DNA from: Eledone cirrhosa
Lineage: Eukaryota
Direction of reading: 5' to 3'
Assembly: GCA_964016885.1 (NCBI GenBank)
Contig: OZ024741.1
Span: 306,590,001-306,654,000, forward strand
DNA length: 64,000 bases
Numbering within the stretch: the first letter of the stretch is position 1; each line of letters opens with the position of its first letter. The position numbers and the translations under genes were made by a program. Below, in pieces: positions 25,492 through 40,681 of this stretch. Below the pieces are notes generated by a model, which saw nothing but the letters and a program-made list of their open reading frames with translations, did not search any database and was not told the DNA's origin.

Positions 25492-25626
25492 ATTTTTTGG
25501 TGGAACATGAAGTTTCTTGACAAGTGACTTTCCCCATCTCTGAGCAGCTACATTTATCACAGCCATTTAAACCTATGAACATTACACCTACTTTGTATAT
25601 GGTACCATGATACTCACATGTCACTG
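25492..25626 (-). CDS. Exon, 6-Cys module
   Basis: 135 nt: VTCEYHGTIYKVGVMFIGLNGCDKCSCSEMGKVTCQETSCSTKK. Confidence 0.9.
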
Positions 25627-27827
25627 CTGCAAAAAAGAATTAGCCAAATTAACAAATTAAGGCTGTATTATATGGAAGGATAGTTCAAAAGGATCTAAAC
25701 TCCTAATGGAGCACACATCCCTCTTTATGTATGAACACAGCTAATTTCTTCCGGAGAAGGGTGAGAGAAATATAAGGAAATGTAGAAATATAGAAAAATT
25801 GAGTCCTGTAATGGACTGGTACTTTATTTATCTACCACAAAGGATCCCTAAAGATTAAAGGCAAAGTTGAGCTTAATGCGATTTGAACACAGACTATAAT
25901 GAGTCAGAAAAAATACCAGGGTATTTAATCTGATGTTCTCACTCTTTTAATTCCTGACCTTTGTATAATATGAAACAATGAGATTCTACTATTTTCATAC
26001 ATTGATCAAAAACAGAGTTTTCATCACAAAGGTAGCTGAATGTAAATTCAAACCATCTTCAACAATCAGAGCCAGTGCTTGTGTAATGAGTATCCTAGAC
26101 TAGCTCTACAACAGGTGTCCCTTTCTCTTCATTATGCACCTCATTTTCACAAATAAACTAATTTCATACTACAGTTTAATCAACTGATGGACACAGAATT
26201 TGGACAGAAATTTCAAGAAAACCATATGGCATGAAAGGAAACTTTACAGAGAATTAACTTTTAGTGTCACAAAAGGTCTACTGACATGAAATGATTAGCC
26301 CACAAATTTTTTGTTTTTCAACTTTAAATTCTACCTTCTGCAAACTTTCAGCATACCATAGACAATCTGTACTCCCCTTACTATGTAGACCTTTGTATTG
26401 AAACTAACCAGGAAATATGCGGAAATTATTCAGTTAAATTATATGTAGGCTGAAATGTTGATATATACAGAGTGGAATTTGGAATCACATAGAGAATTAT
26501 TATAATAATTGTTTCAACATTTGGCACAGGGCCAGCAAATTACACAGTACATTAGTGGTACTTTATTTTATCGACCCCGTAAGGATGAAAGGCATAGTCA
26601 ACCTCAGCGGGATTTCAACTTAGATCGTAAAGGGACGTAACTATGCTGGAAAGGATGGCATCCGATCCTCTTCCGATACTGCCAATGATATCTGATTAAA
26701 ACACAAGACCCGTAAATTTTGGGGTAAAGCCGGAGTACATTAAATGAATCTCAATATTTGACTGATTACTTTATTTCATGATCTCCAGGGGTATAAAAGG
26801 GTAAGTTAACTAAGTGATATGTAAACTCAAAACTTCGGAGCACAACTTATACCGCAATAGCATTTCATCGGATGCTCTATTAATACTCCGATCCACAACA
26901 CTAATAATTATCATAATAATAGAATTTGTATTAAGCCTGAAACATTTACATTACACTACACCTAATATTATATATTCATAGTAAAGGCTTTACTTCATTT
27001 AATTATCTCACATAAAATCGAATCTACAAGATTTTGATATTATTTATTTTGAGAAAAAATACATTAATATCAAAGAGCAGCCAGTTACAGCCAGTTTGAA
27101 CAAAAAGCTATGAGAGAATTCTGGCAGAACATGGCTGGTTTATATGCTAACGGGTTAAGCACAGATATATTATAAATATACCTTCACATGTACAATCAAA
27201 TAACCAAATAATTTGTTCTGCATTCTTGCGCATAAATCGAATAGAATGTTTGAAAGTTAAAATGTGTAATGGTGGTTACTGACATACAGGAAAGTTGCGA
27301 TAGACAAATTTCACAAATGACCACATCCCACTGTTTAACTAAACTCTTAAGCACTAGGAGCATATCCATACCAGAATTCCACTACAAAACCTAGGCAGTT
27401 GCTCCATCACTCAACATACACACCTACCATCTCGTCCTAAACATTACTCTACACACTAACACCATGATAAAATACACTCAATACACTTTGTAAGTTGTAG
27501 GAATGTACAGGATCAAGTTGCTGTCCTCAGCCACTCTGTGAGGACAATGGTCCAATTGTGCGCTGGTATGGTCAGTGATAACTCATCTAATCTATGCTAG
27601 CATGGAAAAGTATATTTTAAATGACAATGACCATGACAGCAACACAAACATGAGATCTTATTCTTAGTTGTATATGAATACATACACTACTCAAACTTTT
27701 CTTCATTTACATACACGCAGACACCTATGACAGTGTGTGTGTAAGAGTATGTGTGTGTTTATATAATCTGCCAGAGACATATATTTAATTGTTCACTAAA
27801 AGTTGATAAATTAAGGCAAGAACTTAC

Positions 27828-27962
27828 ATTTTGTGGTGGGACATGAAGTTTCTTGACAATTGACTTTCCCCATCCTTGAGCAGCTACATTTATCACAGCC
27901 ATTTAAACCTATGAACATTACACCTACTTCGTATATGGTACCATGATACTCACATGTCACTG
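27828..27962 (-). CDS. Exon, 6-Cys module
   Basis: 135 nt: VTCEYHGTIYEVGVMFIGLNGCDKCSCSRMGKVNCQETSCPTTK. Confidence 0.9.
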
Positions 27963-29967
27963 CTGCAAACAAGAATTAGCCAGATTAACAAATTAAGGCT
28001 GTATTATATGGAAGGATAGTTCAAAAGGATCTAAACTCCTAATGGAGCACACATCCCTCTTTATGTATGAACACAGCTAATTTCTTCCAGAGAAGGGTGA
28101 GAGAAATATAAGGAAATGCAGAAATATAGAAAAATTAAGTCCAGTAATGGACTGGTACTTTATTTATCTACCACAAAGGATCCCTAAAGATTAAAGGCAA
28201 AGTTGAGCTTAATGCGATTTGAACACAGACTATAATGAGTAAAAAAAAATACCAGGGTATTTAATCTGATGTGCTCACTCTTTTAATTCCTGACCTTTGT
28301 ATAATATGAAACAATGAGATTCTACTATTTTCATACACTGATCAAAAACAGAGTTTTCATCACAAAGGTAGCTGAATGTAAATTCAAACCATCTTCAACA
28401 ATCAGAGCCAGTGCTTGTGTAATGAGTATCCTAGACTAGCTCTACAACATGTGTCCCTTTCTCTTCATTATGCACCTCATTTACACGAATAAACTAATTT
28501 CATACTACAGTTTAATCAACTGATGGACACAGAATTTGGACAGAAATCTGAAGAAAACCATATGGCATGAAAGGAAACTTTACAAAGAATTAATTATTAG
28601 TGTCACAAAAGGTCTACTGACACGAAATGATTAGCCCACAAATTTTTTTTTTTCAACTTTAAATTCTACCTTCTGCAAAGTTTAAGCATACCATAGACAA
28701 TCTGTACTCCCCTTACTATGTAGACCTTTGTATTGAAACTAACCAGGTAATATGCGGAAATTACTAAGTTAAATTATATGTAGGCTCCAATGTTGATATA
28801 TACAGAGTGAATAACTATTAAAACATGCTTGGATTTTGTAATCTCATAGTGGATTATTATAATAATTGTTTCTACATTTGGCACAAGGCCAGCAATTATC
28901 TCAGTACATTACTGGTACTTTATTTTATCGACCCCGTAAGGATGAAAGGCATAGTCAACCTCGGCGGGATTTCAACTTAGATCGTAAAGGGACGTAACTA
29001 TGCTGGAAAGCATAGCGTCTATCCCTCTACTGATACTGCCAATGATATCTAATTAAGATACAAGACCACTAAATTTTGGGGTAAAGCCAAAGTACATTAA
29101 ATGAATCTCAATATTTGACTGATTACTTTATTTCATGATTTCCAGGGGTATGAAAGGGTAAGTTAACTAAGTGATATGTAAACTCAAAACTTCGGAGCAC
29201 AATTTATACCGCAATAGCATTGCATCTGATGCTGTATTAATACTGCCGATCAACTACACTAATAATTATTATAACAATAGAATTTGTATTAACCCTGAAA
29301 CATTTACCTCACATAATTATCTCACATAAAATCGAATCTACAAGATGTTGATATTATTTTGAAAAAAATACATTAATATCAGTAAGCAGCCAATTACAGC
29401 CAATTTGAACAAAAAGTGATGAGAGGATTTTGGCAGAACACGGTTGGTTTAAATGCTAAAGGGTTAAGCACATATATTATAAATATACCTTCACATGTAC
29501 AATCAAATAACCAAATGATTTGCGCGGCAGTGTATTATTGGTACTTTATTTTATCGACCCCGTAAAGATGAAAGGCAAATTAAACCTCGGCTTGATTTGA
29601 ACTCAGATCGTAAAGGGACGTAACTATGCAGGAAAGCATAGCGTCTAACCCTCTACCGATACTGCCAATGATATCTAATTAAGACACAAGACCAGTAAAT
29701 TTGGAGGGAAAGGCAAAGTTCATTGAATGAATCTCAATATTTGACTGATTACTTTATTTCATCAACTCCAGGGCTAAGAAATGGAAAGTTGCCCTAAGTA
29801 ATATGTAAACTCAAATCTTCAGAGCAGAACTTATACCGCAATAGTATTTTATCTGATGCTGTATTAATTCTGTCTATCCACTACACTAATATTTATTATA
29901 ATAATAGAATTCGTATTAACCCTGAAACATTTAGATTACTCTAAACCTAATATTATATATTCGTGGT

Positions 29968-30145
29968 GGATTAGCAGTATCGGTAGAGTGTCGGATGCCA
30001 TGCTTTCCAGCATAGTTACGTCCCTTTACGATCTGAGTTCAAATCCCACCGAGGTTGACATTGCCTTTCATCCTTACGGGGTCGATAAAATAAAGTACCA
30101 ATAATGCACTTGGTAATTACTGGCCTTGTGCCTAAAGTAGAAACA
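29968..30145 (+). mobile_element. SINE family 1, inverted orientation
   Basis: TAGCAGTATCGG and GAGTTCAAATCC on the + strand. 16 bp TSD attatatattc(g/a)tggt. Confidence 0.88.
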
Positions 30146-30803
30146 ATTATATATTCATGGTAAAGGCTTTACCTCACATAATTATCTCCCATAAAATCGA
30201 ATCTACAAGATGTTGATATTATTTATTTTTGAAAAAATACATTAATATCAGTAAGCAGCCAATTACAGCCAGTTTGACCAAAAGGTGATGAGAGAATTCT
30301 GGCAGAACATGGCTGGTTTAAATGCTAAAGTGTTAAGCATACATATATTATAAATATACCTTCACATGTACAATCAAATAACCAAATGATTTGTTCTGCA
30401 GTCTTGTGCATAAATTGAATAGAATGTCCTAAAGTTAAAATCTGAAATGGTGGTTACTGACATACAGGAAAGTTGGCGATAGACAAATGTCCCAAATGAC
30501 CACATCCCATTATTTAACTAAACTGTTAAGCACTAGGAGCATATCCATACCACAATTCCACTACAAAATCTAGGCAATTTCTCAACATACACGCCTACCT
30601 TTTCTTCATAAACGTTACTCTAAACACCAAAGCCATGATAAAATACACTCAATACACTTTGTAAATTGTAGGAATGTACAGGATCAAGATGCTGTCCTCA
30701 GCCCCTCTGTGAGCACAATGGTCCAATTGTGTGCTGACATGGTCAGTGATAACTCATCTAATCTATGCTAGCATAGAAAAGTAGATTTTAAATGACAATG
30801 ACC

Positions 30804-32453
30804 CTATACCTATAAAGTAAACCCCTATACTTAGCCTTTGTCGACTTGGAGAAAGCCTTCGACAGAGTCCCCCGTTCCATTATCTGGTGGGCTCTTAGAA
30901 AACTAGGTGTTGATGAATGGCTTGTGAGAGCTATACAAGCCATGTATAAAGAAACAGTGAGCAAGGTTAGAATTAACAACGAATATAGTGAAGAGTTTAG
31001 CGTAAAAGTTGGTGTCCATCAGGGCTCTGTTCTTAGCCCCCTCCTATTCATTATTGCTCTTCGGCTATAACAAAGGAGTTCAAGACCGGCTGCCCATGGG
31101 AACTCCTATACGCAGATGACCTAACGCTCATAGCTGAATCAATGGCCGAGCTAGAGAAGAAATTCCAAACATGGAAGCACGGCCTAGAATCAAAAGGCCT
31201 TAAAATTAACATGGCTAAGAATAAAGTTCTAGTTTGTAGGAAAGAAAATAAGGCGGCGGTCCCTTCCGGCAAATGGCCATGCTCAGTGTGTAGGAAAGGC
31301 GTAGGTAGAAACTCCATTTTATGTCCCAAATGCAAAGTATGGGTGCATAAAAGATGTAGTGGGATCACAGGTAAGCTAACTAAGAACATAGATTTTACAT
31401 GTGGCCGGTGCTCTGGTGCAATAAGTAGCAGCAAGTGCCCACAAAATACTAGCTCTTACAACTGCGCAGAGGGCTCTATAGAATTAGTGGACAGCTTCCG
31501 TTACCTGGGTGACAAAATCAGCAGTGGGGGAGGGTGCTCTGAAAGTACAGTAGCTAGAGTCAGATCTTGATGGAAACAGTTCAGAGAGCTTATACCACTA
31601 TTAGCCGCTAAAGGGTTCTCCCTAAAAGTGAAAGGCAGGTTGTATGATGCCTGCATACGAACAGCAATGTTGCATGGCAGTGAGACCTGGGCATTGTGTG
31701 CAGAGGATATACGCAGACTAGAGAGGAACGAAGCTTGCATGCTCCGCTGGATGTGTAATAGTAATATACGCGAACGGCAAAGCATAAACGAACTAAGGAA
31801 AAAATTAGAAATAAGAGGGATCAGATGTTGTTTACTCGAGAGAAGGCTACGTTGGTATGGTCACGTGATGCGCATGAAAGACGACAGCTGTATAACGAAG
31901 TGCAGGGCAATAAAGATAGACGGTAGCCACGGAGTAGGCAGACCCAGAAAAACCTGGGACGAGCTTATAAATTCCGACCTCACACACTTACACCTCTCCA
32001 AGACAATGTCACTGGACCGAGAGCTTTGGCGGTACTCAGTAATAGAGAAGACCCGCGTTACCTAAATACAAAGTAAAACCTACTTGTCAGTAGGCATCTC
32101 TAACAAAATACACCCCCGTCCCACCCACCCCACCCCATCCACACCGCCCCTTTCAATGTAAAGTTATGTTGGTGCCACAACATCCAGGCCGAAACTAATG
32201 AGATCGTGTAGGTGTCACGACAAAAAAAACACACAGTCCACGCTGTAATGTGACCTTGTAGGCAACACGGTAAAAACCTCCCAGCCCCACACTGTAAATG
32301 TGGTTGGTGTTAGGAAGGGCATCCAACTGTAGAATACCCGCCAGACAGTCCTATGCGAGCAAGACAGCCTCTCTTGCCTCAAGTGGGAATACTCCCGTCC
32401 AAACCCATGCAAGCATGGAACACGGACGTTAAACTATGATGATGATGATGATG
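30804..32453 (+). mobile_element. 5'-truncated, inactivated RTE-type LINE
   Basis: RT motifs FVDLEKAFDRVPR, GVHQGSVLSPLLF and LLYADDL. PHD-like Cys cluster CSVC..CPKCKVWVHKRC..CGRC, then FRYLG, YDACIRTAMLHGSETW, RRLRWYGHV and GRPRKTW. Frameshift at ~31065 and stop at 31568-31570. (ATG)n tail. TSD aatgacc at 30797-30803 and 32454-32460. Confidence 0.95.
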
Positions 32454-32651
32454 AATGACCATGACAGCAACACAATCATGAGATCTTATTCTTAGTTGTA
32501 TATGAATACATAGACTACTCAAACTCTTCTTCATTTACACGCAGACTCCTATGAGAGTGTGCGTGTATGAGTATTTGTATATTTATACAATCTGCAACAA
32601 ACATTTATTTAACTGTTCACTAAAAGTTGATAAAATAAGGCAAGAACTTAC

Positions 32652-32786
32652 ATTTTTTGGTGGAACATGAAGTTTCTTGACAAGTGACTTTCCCCATCTC
32701 TGAGCAGCTACATTTATCACAGCCATTTAAACCTATGAACATTACACCTACTTTGTATATGGTACCATGATACTCACATTTCACTG
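32652..32786 (-). CDS. Exon, 6-Cys module
   Basis: 135 nt: VKCEYHGTIYKVGVMFIGLNGCDKCSCSEMGKVTCQETSCSTKK. Confidence 0.9.
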
Positions 32787-35009
32787 CTGCAAAATAGAAT
32801 GAGCCAGATTAACAAATTAAGGCTGTATTATATGGAAGGAAAGTTCAAAAGAATCTAAACTCCTAATGTAGCACACATCTCTCTTTAGGTATGAACACAG
32901 CTAATATCTTCCAGAGAAGAGTGAGAGAAATATAAGGAAATGTAGAAATATAGAAAAATTGAGCCCAGTACTGGACTGGTACTTCATTTATCTTCCACAA
33001 AGAATTCCTAAAGATGAAAAGCAATGTTGAGCTTAATACGATTTGAACACAGACTATAGTGAGTCAGAAAAAATACAAGGGTATTTAATCTGATGTTCTC
33101 AATCTTTTAATTCATGACCTTTGTATAATATGAAACAATGAGATTCTACTATTTTCATACATTGATCAAAAACAGAGTTTTCATCACAAAGGTAGCTGAA
33201 TGTAAATTCAAACCATCTTCAACAATCAGAGCCAGTGCTTGTGTAATTAGTATCCTAGACTAGCTCTTCAACAGGTGTCCCTTTCTCTTCATTATGCTCC
33301 TCATTTTCACAAATAAACTAATTTCATACTACAGTTTAATCAACTGATGGACACAGAATTTGGACGGAAATCTCAAGAAAACCATATAGCATGAAAGTAA
33401 ACTTTACAAAGAATTAACTTTTAGTGTCACAAAAGGTCTACTGACACGAAATGATTAGCCCACAAATTTTTTGTTTTTCAACTTTAGATTCTACCTTCTG
33501 CAAAGTTTAAGCATACCATAGACAATCTGTACTCCCCTTACTATGTAGACCTTTGTATTGAAACTAACCAGGTAATATGCGGAAATTACTAAGTTAAATT
33601 ATATGTAAGCTGAAATGTTGATATATACAGAGTGAATAACTATTAAAACATACTTGGAATTTGGAATCTCATAGTGGATTATTATAATAATTGTTTCAAC
33701 ATTTGGCACAGGGGCCAGCAATTACCCAGTTCATTACTGGTACTTTATTTTATTGACCCCGTAAGGATGAAAGGCATAATCAACCTCGGCGGGATTTCGA
33801 CTTAGATCGTAAAGGGACGTAACTATGCTGGAAAGCATGGCTTCCGACCCTCTACCGATACTGCCAATGATATTTAATTAAGACACAAGACCCATAAATT
33901 TTGGGGTAAAGCCAGAGTACATTAAATGAATCTCAATATTTGACTGATTACTTTATTTCATGATCTCCAGGGGTATAAAAGGGTAAGTTAACTAAGTGAT
34001 ATGTAAACTCAAAACTTCGGAGCACAACTTATACCGCAATAGCATTTCATCTGATGCTGTATTAATACTACCGATCAACTACATTAATAATTATCATAAT
34101 AATAGAATTTGTATTAACCCTGAAACATTTACATTACACTACACCTAATATTATATATTCATAGTAAAGGCTTTACTTCATTTAATTATCTCACTTAAAT
34201 CGAATCTACACGATATTGATATTATTTATTTTGAGAAAAAATACATTAAAATCAGAAAGCAGCCAGTTACAGCCAATTTGAACAAAAAGATATGCGAGAA
34301 TTCTGGCAGAACATGGCTGGTTTAAATGCTAACGGGTTCAGCACAGATATATTATAAATATACCTTCACATGTACAATCAAATAACCAAATAATTTGTTC
34401 TGCAGTGTTGCGCATAAATCAAATAGAATATTTGAAAGTTAAAATGTGTAATGGTGGTTACTGACATACAGGAAAGTTGCGATAGACAAATTTCCCAAAT
34501 GACCACATCCCACTGTTTAACTAAACTCTTAAGCACTAGGAGCATATCCATACCAGAATTCCACTACAAAACCTATGCAGTTGCTCCATCACTCAACATA
34601 CACACCTACCATCTCCTCCTAAACATTACTCTACACACTAACACCATGATAAAATACACTCAATACACTTTGTAAGTTGTAGGAATGTACAGGATCAACA
34701 TGCTACCCTCAGCCCCTCTGTGAGGACAATGGTCCAATTGTGTGCTGACATGGTCTGTGATAACTCATCTAATCTATGCTAGCATAGAAAAGTAGATTTT
34801 AAATGACAATGACCATGACAGCAACACAACCATGAGATCTTATTCTTAGTTTTATATGAATACATACACTACTGAAACTTTTCTTCATTTACATACACGC
34901 AAACTCCTATGAGAGTGTGTGTGTATGAGTATGTGTGTGTTTATATAATCTGCAACAAACATATATTTAACTGTTCACTAAAAGTTGATAAAATAAGGCA
35001 AGAACTTAC

Positions 35010-35144
35010 ATTTTGCTGTGGAACATGAAGTTTCTTGACAAGTGACTTTCCCCATCTCTGAGCAGCTACATTTATCACAGCCATTTAAACCTATGAACAT
35101 TACACCTACTTTGTATATGGTACCATGATACTCACATGTCACTG
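35010..35144 (-). CDS. Exon, 6-Cys module
   Basis: 135 nt: VTCEYHGTIYKVGVMFIGLNGCDKCSCSEMGKVTCQETSCSTAK. Confidence 0.9.
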
Positions 35145-37158
35145 CTGCAAACAAGAATTAGCCAAATTAACAAATCAAGGCTGTATTATATGGAAGGATA
35201 GTTCAAAAGGATCTAAACTCCTAATGGAGCACACATCCCTCTTTAGGTATGAACACACCTAATTTCTTCCAGAGAAGAGTGAGAGAAATATAAGGAAATG
35301 TAGAAATATAGAAAAATTGAGCCCAGTACTGGACTGGTACTTTATTTATCTACCACAAAGAATCCCTAAAGATGAAAAGCAATGTTGAGTTTAATGCAAT
35401 TTGAACACAGACTATAGTGAGTCAGAAAAAATACCAGGGTATTTAATCTGATGTTCTCACTCTTTTAATTCATGACCTTTGTATAATATGAAACAATGAG
35501 ATTCTACTATTGTCATACATTGATTAAAAACAGAGTTTTCATCGCAAAGGTAGCTGAATGTAAATTCAAACCATCTTCAACAATCAGAGCCAGTGCTTGT
35601 GAAAAGATTATCCTAGAATAGCTCTACAACATGTGTCCCTTTCTTTTCATTATGCACCTCATTTTCACAAATAAACTAATTTCATACTACAGTTTAATCA
35701 ACTGATGGACACAGAATTTGGACAGAAATCTCAAGAAAACCATATAGCATGAAAGGAAACTTTACAAAGAATTAATTATTAGTGTCACAAAAGGTCTACT
35801 GACACGAAATAATTAGCCCATAAATTTTTTGTTTTTCAACTTTAGATTCTACCTTCTGCAAAGTTTAAGCTTACCATAGACAATCTGTACTCCCCTTACT
35901 ATGTAGACATTTGTATTGAAACTAACCAGGTAATATGGGGAAATGTTGATATATACAGAGTGAATAACTATTAAAACATGCTTGGAATTTGGAATCTCAT
36001 AGTGGATTATTATAATAAATGTTTCTACATTTGGCAGAAGGCCAGCAATTTTCCCAGTACATTACTGGTACTTTATTTTGATCGACCCCGTAAGGATGAA
36101 AGGCATAGTCAACCTCGGCGTGATTTCAACTTAGATCGTAAAGGGACGTAACTATGCAGGAAAGCATAGCGTCTATCCCTCTACCGATACTGCCAATGAT
36201 ATCTAATTAAGACACAAGACCACTAAATTTTGGGGTAAAGCCAAAGTACATTAAATGAATCTCAACATATGACTGATTACTTTATTTCATGATTTCCAGT
36301 GGTATGAAAGGGTAAGTTAACTAACTGATATGTAAACTCAAAACTTCGGAGCACAACTTATACCGCAATAGCATTTCATCTGATGCTCTATTAATACTGC
36401 CGATCAACTACACTAATAATTATTATAACAATAGAATTTGTATTAACCCTGAAACATTTACATTACTCTACACCTAATATTATATATTCACAGTAAAGGC
36501 TTTACCTCACATAATTATCTCACATAAAATCGAATCTACAAGATGTTGATATTATTTATTTTGAGAAAAAATACATTAATATCAGTAAGCAGCCAGTTAC
36601 AGCCAATTTGAACAAAAAGTGATGTGAGGATTTTGGCAGAACACGGTTGGGTTAAATGCTAACGGGTTAAGCACATATATTATAAATATACCTTCACATG
36701 TACAAATGATTTGCTCGGCAGTGTATTATTGGTACTTTATTTTATCGACCCGGTAAGGATGAAAGGCAAATTAAACCTCGGCTTGATTTGAATTCAGATC
36801 ATAAAGGGACGTAACTATCCTGGAAAGCATAGCGTCTAACCCTCTACCGATACTGCCAATGATATCTAATTAAGACACAAGACCAGTAAATTTGGAGGGA
36901 AAGGCAAAGTTCATTGAATGAATCTCAATATTTGACTGATTACTTTATTTCATCAACTCCAGGGCTAAGGAATGGAAAGTTGCCCTAAGTAATATGTAAA
37001 CTCAAATCTTCAGAGCAGAACTTATACCGCAATAGTATTTTATCTGATGCTGTATTAATTCTGCCTATCCAATACACTAATATTTATTATAATAATAGAA
37101 TTCGTATTAACCCTGAAACATTTAGATTACTCTAAACCTAATATTATATATTCGTGGT

Positions 37159-37338
37159 GGATTGTGGCAGTATCGGCAGAGTGTCGGATGCCATGCTTTC
37201 CAGCATAGTTATGTCCCTTTACGATCTGAGTTCAAATCCCACCGAGGTTGACTTTGCCTTTCATCCTGACGGGGTCGATAAAATAAAGTACCAATAATGC
37301 ACTTGGTAATTGCTGGCCTTGTGCCTAAAGTAGAAACA
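37159..37338 (+). mobile_element. SINE family 1, inverted orientation (duplicate of 29968)
   Basis: Same site and TSD as 29968-30145. Confidence 0.88.
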
Positions 37339-38186
37339 ATTATATATTCATGGTAAAGGCTTTACCTCACATAATTATCTCCCATAAAATCGAATCTACA
37401 AGATGTTGATATTTTTTATTTTGGAAAAAATACATTAATATCAGTAAACAGCCAGTTACAGCCAGTTTGACCAAAAGGTGATGAGAGAATTCTGGCAGAA
37501 CATGGCTGGTTTAAATGCTAAAGTGTTAAGCATACATATATTATAAATATACCTTCACATGTACAATCAAATAACCAAATGATTTGTTCTGCAGTCTTGT
37601 GCATAAATCAAATAGAATGTCCTAAAGTTAAAATCTGAAATGGTGGTTACTGACATACAGGAAAGTTGCGATAGACAAATTTCACAAATGACCACATCCC
37701 ATTGTTTAACTAAACTGTTAAGCACTAGGAGCATATCCATACCACAATTCCACTACAAAATCTAGGCAGTTTCTCAACATACACGCCTACCTTTTCTTAA
37801 TAAACGTTACTCTATACACTAAACCCATGATAAAATACACTCAATACACTTTGTAAATTGTAGGAATGTACAGGATCAAGTTGCTGTCCTCAGCCACTCT
37901 GTGAGGACAAGTGTCCAATTGTGTGCTGACATGGTCTGTGATAACTCATCTAATCTATGCTAGCATGGAAAAGTAGATTTTAAATGACAATGACCATGAC
38001 AGCAACACAACCATGAGATCTTATTCTTAGTTGTATATGAATACATACACTACTCAAACTCTTCTTCATTTACACATAAACTCCTAAGAGAGTGTGTGTG
38101 TATGAGTATTTGTATATTTATACAATCTGCAACAAACATATATTTAACTGTTCACTAAAAGTTGATAAAATAAGGCAAGAACTTAC

Positions 38187-38321
38187 ATTTTGTGGTGGGA
38201 CATGAAGTTTCTTGACAATTGACTTTCCCCATCTCTGAGCAGCTACATTTATCACAGCCATTTAAACCTATGAACGTTACACCTACTTTGTATATGGTAC
38301 CATGATACTCACATGTCACTG
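38187..38321 (-). CDS. Exon, 6-Cys module
   Basis: 135 nt: VTCEYHGTIYKVGVTFIGLNGCDKCSCSEMGKVNCQETSCPTTK. Confidence 0.9.
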
Positions 38322-40546
38322 CTGCAAAAAAGAATTAGCCAGATTAACAAATTAAGGCTGTATTATATGGACGGAAAGTTCAAAAGTATCTAAACTCCTA
38401 ATGGAGCACACATCCCTTTTTAGGTATGAACACAGCTAATTTCGTCCAGAGAAGAGTGTGAGAGATATATAAAGAAATGTAGAAAAATAGAAAAATTGAG
38501 CCCAGTACTGGACTGGTACTTTATTTATCTTCCACAAAGGATCCCTAAAGATGAAAAGCAATGTTGAGCTTAATGCGATTTGAACACAGACTATAATGAG
38601 TCAGAAAAATTACCAGGGTATTTAATCTGATGTTCTCACTCTTTTAATTCATGACCTTTGTATAATATGAAACAATGAGATTCTACTATTGTCATACATT
38701 GATTAAAAACAGAGTTTTCATCGCAAAGGTAGCTGAATGTAAATTCAAACCATCTTCAACAATCAGAGCCAGTGCCTGTGAAAAGACTATCCTAGAATAG
38801 CTCTACAACATGTGTCCCTTTCTTTTCATTATGCACCTCATTTTCACAAATAAACTAATTTCATACTACAGTTTAATCAACTGATGGACACAGAATTTGG
38901 ACAGAAATCTAAATAAAACCATATGGCAGGAAAGGAAACTTTACAGAGAATTAACTTTTAGTGTCACAAAAGGTCTACTGACACAAAAGGATTAGCCCAC
39001 AAATTTTTTTGTTTTTCAACTTTAAATTCTACCTTCTGCAAACTTTAAGCATACCATAGACAATCTGTACTCCCCTTACTATGTAGACCTTTGTATTGAA
39101 GCTAACCAGGAAATATGCGGCAATTATTCAGTTAAATTATATGTAGGCTGAAATGTTGATATATACAGAGTGAATAACTATTAAAACATACTTGGAATTT
39201 GGAATCTCATAGAGAATTATTATAATAATTGTTTCAAAATTTGGCACAGGGGCCAGCAAATACCCAGTACATTACTGGTACTTTATTTTATCGACCCCGT
39301 AAGGATGAAAAGCATAGTCAACCTCAGCGGGATTTCAACTTAGATCGTAAAGGGACGTAACTATGCTGGAAAGCATGGCATCCGACCCTCTCCTGATACT
39401 GCCAATGATATCTAATTAAGACACAAGACTACTAAATTTTGGGGTAAAGCCAAAGTACATTAAATGAATCTCAGTATTTGACTGATTACTTTATTTCATG
39501 ATCTCCATGGGTATGAAAGGGTAAGTTAACTAAGTGAAATGTAAACTTAAAACTTCGGAGCACAACTTATACCGCAATAGCATTTCATCTGATGCTCTAT
39601 TAATACTACCGATCAACTACACTAATAATTATCATAATAATAGAATTTGCATTAACCCTGAAACATTTGCATTACACTACACCTAATATTATATATTCAT
39701 AGTAAAGGCTTTATTTCATTTAATTATCTCACATAAAATCGAATCTACAAGATTTTGATATTATTTATTTTGAGAAAAAATACATTAATATCAGAGAGCA
39801 GCCATTTACAGCCAATTTGAACAAAAAGCTATGAGAGAATTCTGGCAACATGGCTGGTTTAAATGCTAACGGGTTCAGCACAGACATATTATAATTATAC
39901 CTTTAAATGTACAATCAAATAACCAAATAATTTGTTCTGCAGTCTCGCGCATAAATCAAATAGAATATTTGAAGGTTAAAATGTGTAATGGTAGTTACTA
40001 ACATAGAGGAAAGTTGCGATAGATAAATTTCCCAAATGACCACATCCCACTGTTTAACTAAACTCTTAAGCACTAGGAGCATATCCATACCATGATTCCA
40101 CTACAAAACCTAGGCAGTTGCTCCATCACTCAACATACACACTTACCATCTCCTCCTAAACATTACTCTAAACACTAACACCATGATAAAATACACTCAA
40201 TACACTTTGTAAATTGTAGGAATGTACAGGATCAAGTTGCTGTCCTCAGCCACTCTCTGAGGACAATGGTCCAATTGTGTGCTGACATGATCTGTGATAA
40301 CTCATCTAATCTATGCTAGCATGGAAAAGTAGATTTTAAATGACAATGACCATGACAGCAACACAACCATGAGATCTTATTCTTAGTTGTATATGAATAC
40401 ATACACTACTCAAACTTTTCTTCATTTACATACATGCAGATTGTTATGAGAGTGTGTGTGTAAGAGTATGTGTGTGTTTATATAACCTGCCAGAGACATA
40501 TATTTAATTGTTCACTAAAAGTTGATAAAATAAGGCAAGAACTTAC

Positions 40547-40681
40547 ATTTTGTGGTGGGACATGAAGTTTCTTGACAATTGACTTTCCCCATCTCTGAGC
40601 AGCTACATTTATCACAGCCATTTAAACCTATGAACGTTACACCTACTTCGTATATGGTACCATGATACTCACATGTCACTG
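40547..40681 (-). CDS. Exon, 6-Cys module
   Basis: 135 nt: VTCEYHGTIYEVGVTFIGLNGCDKCSCSEMGKVNCQETSCPTTK. Confidence 0.9.

Noticed and set aside
34451-34675. Recurrent plus-strand ORFs MVVTDIQESCDRQ... (also 56412, 58426, 60681) and their antisense ORFs (16616, 10581)
   Set aside because: Most units have an in-frame TAG (acctaggcag) or indels. There is no consistent splice context, and part of the region is deleted in some units.
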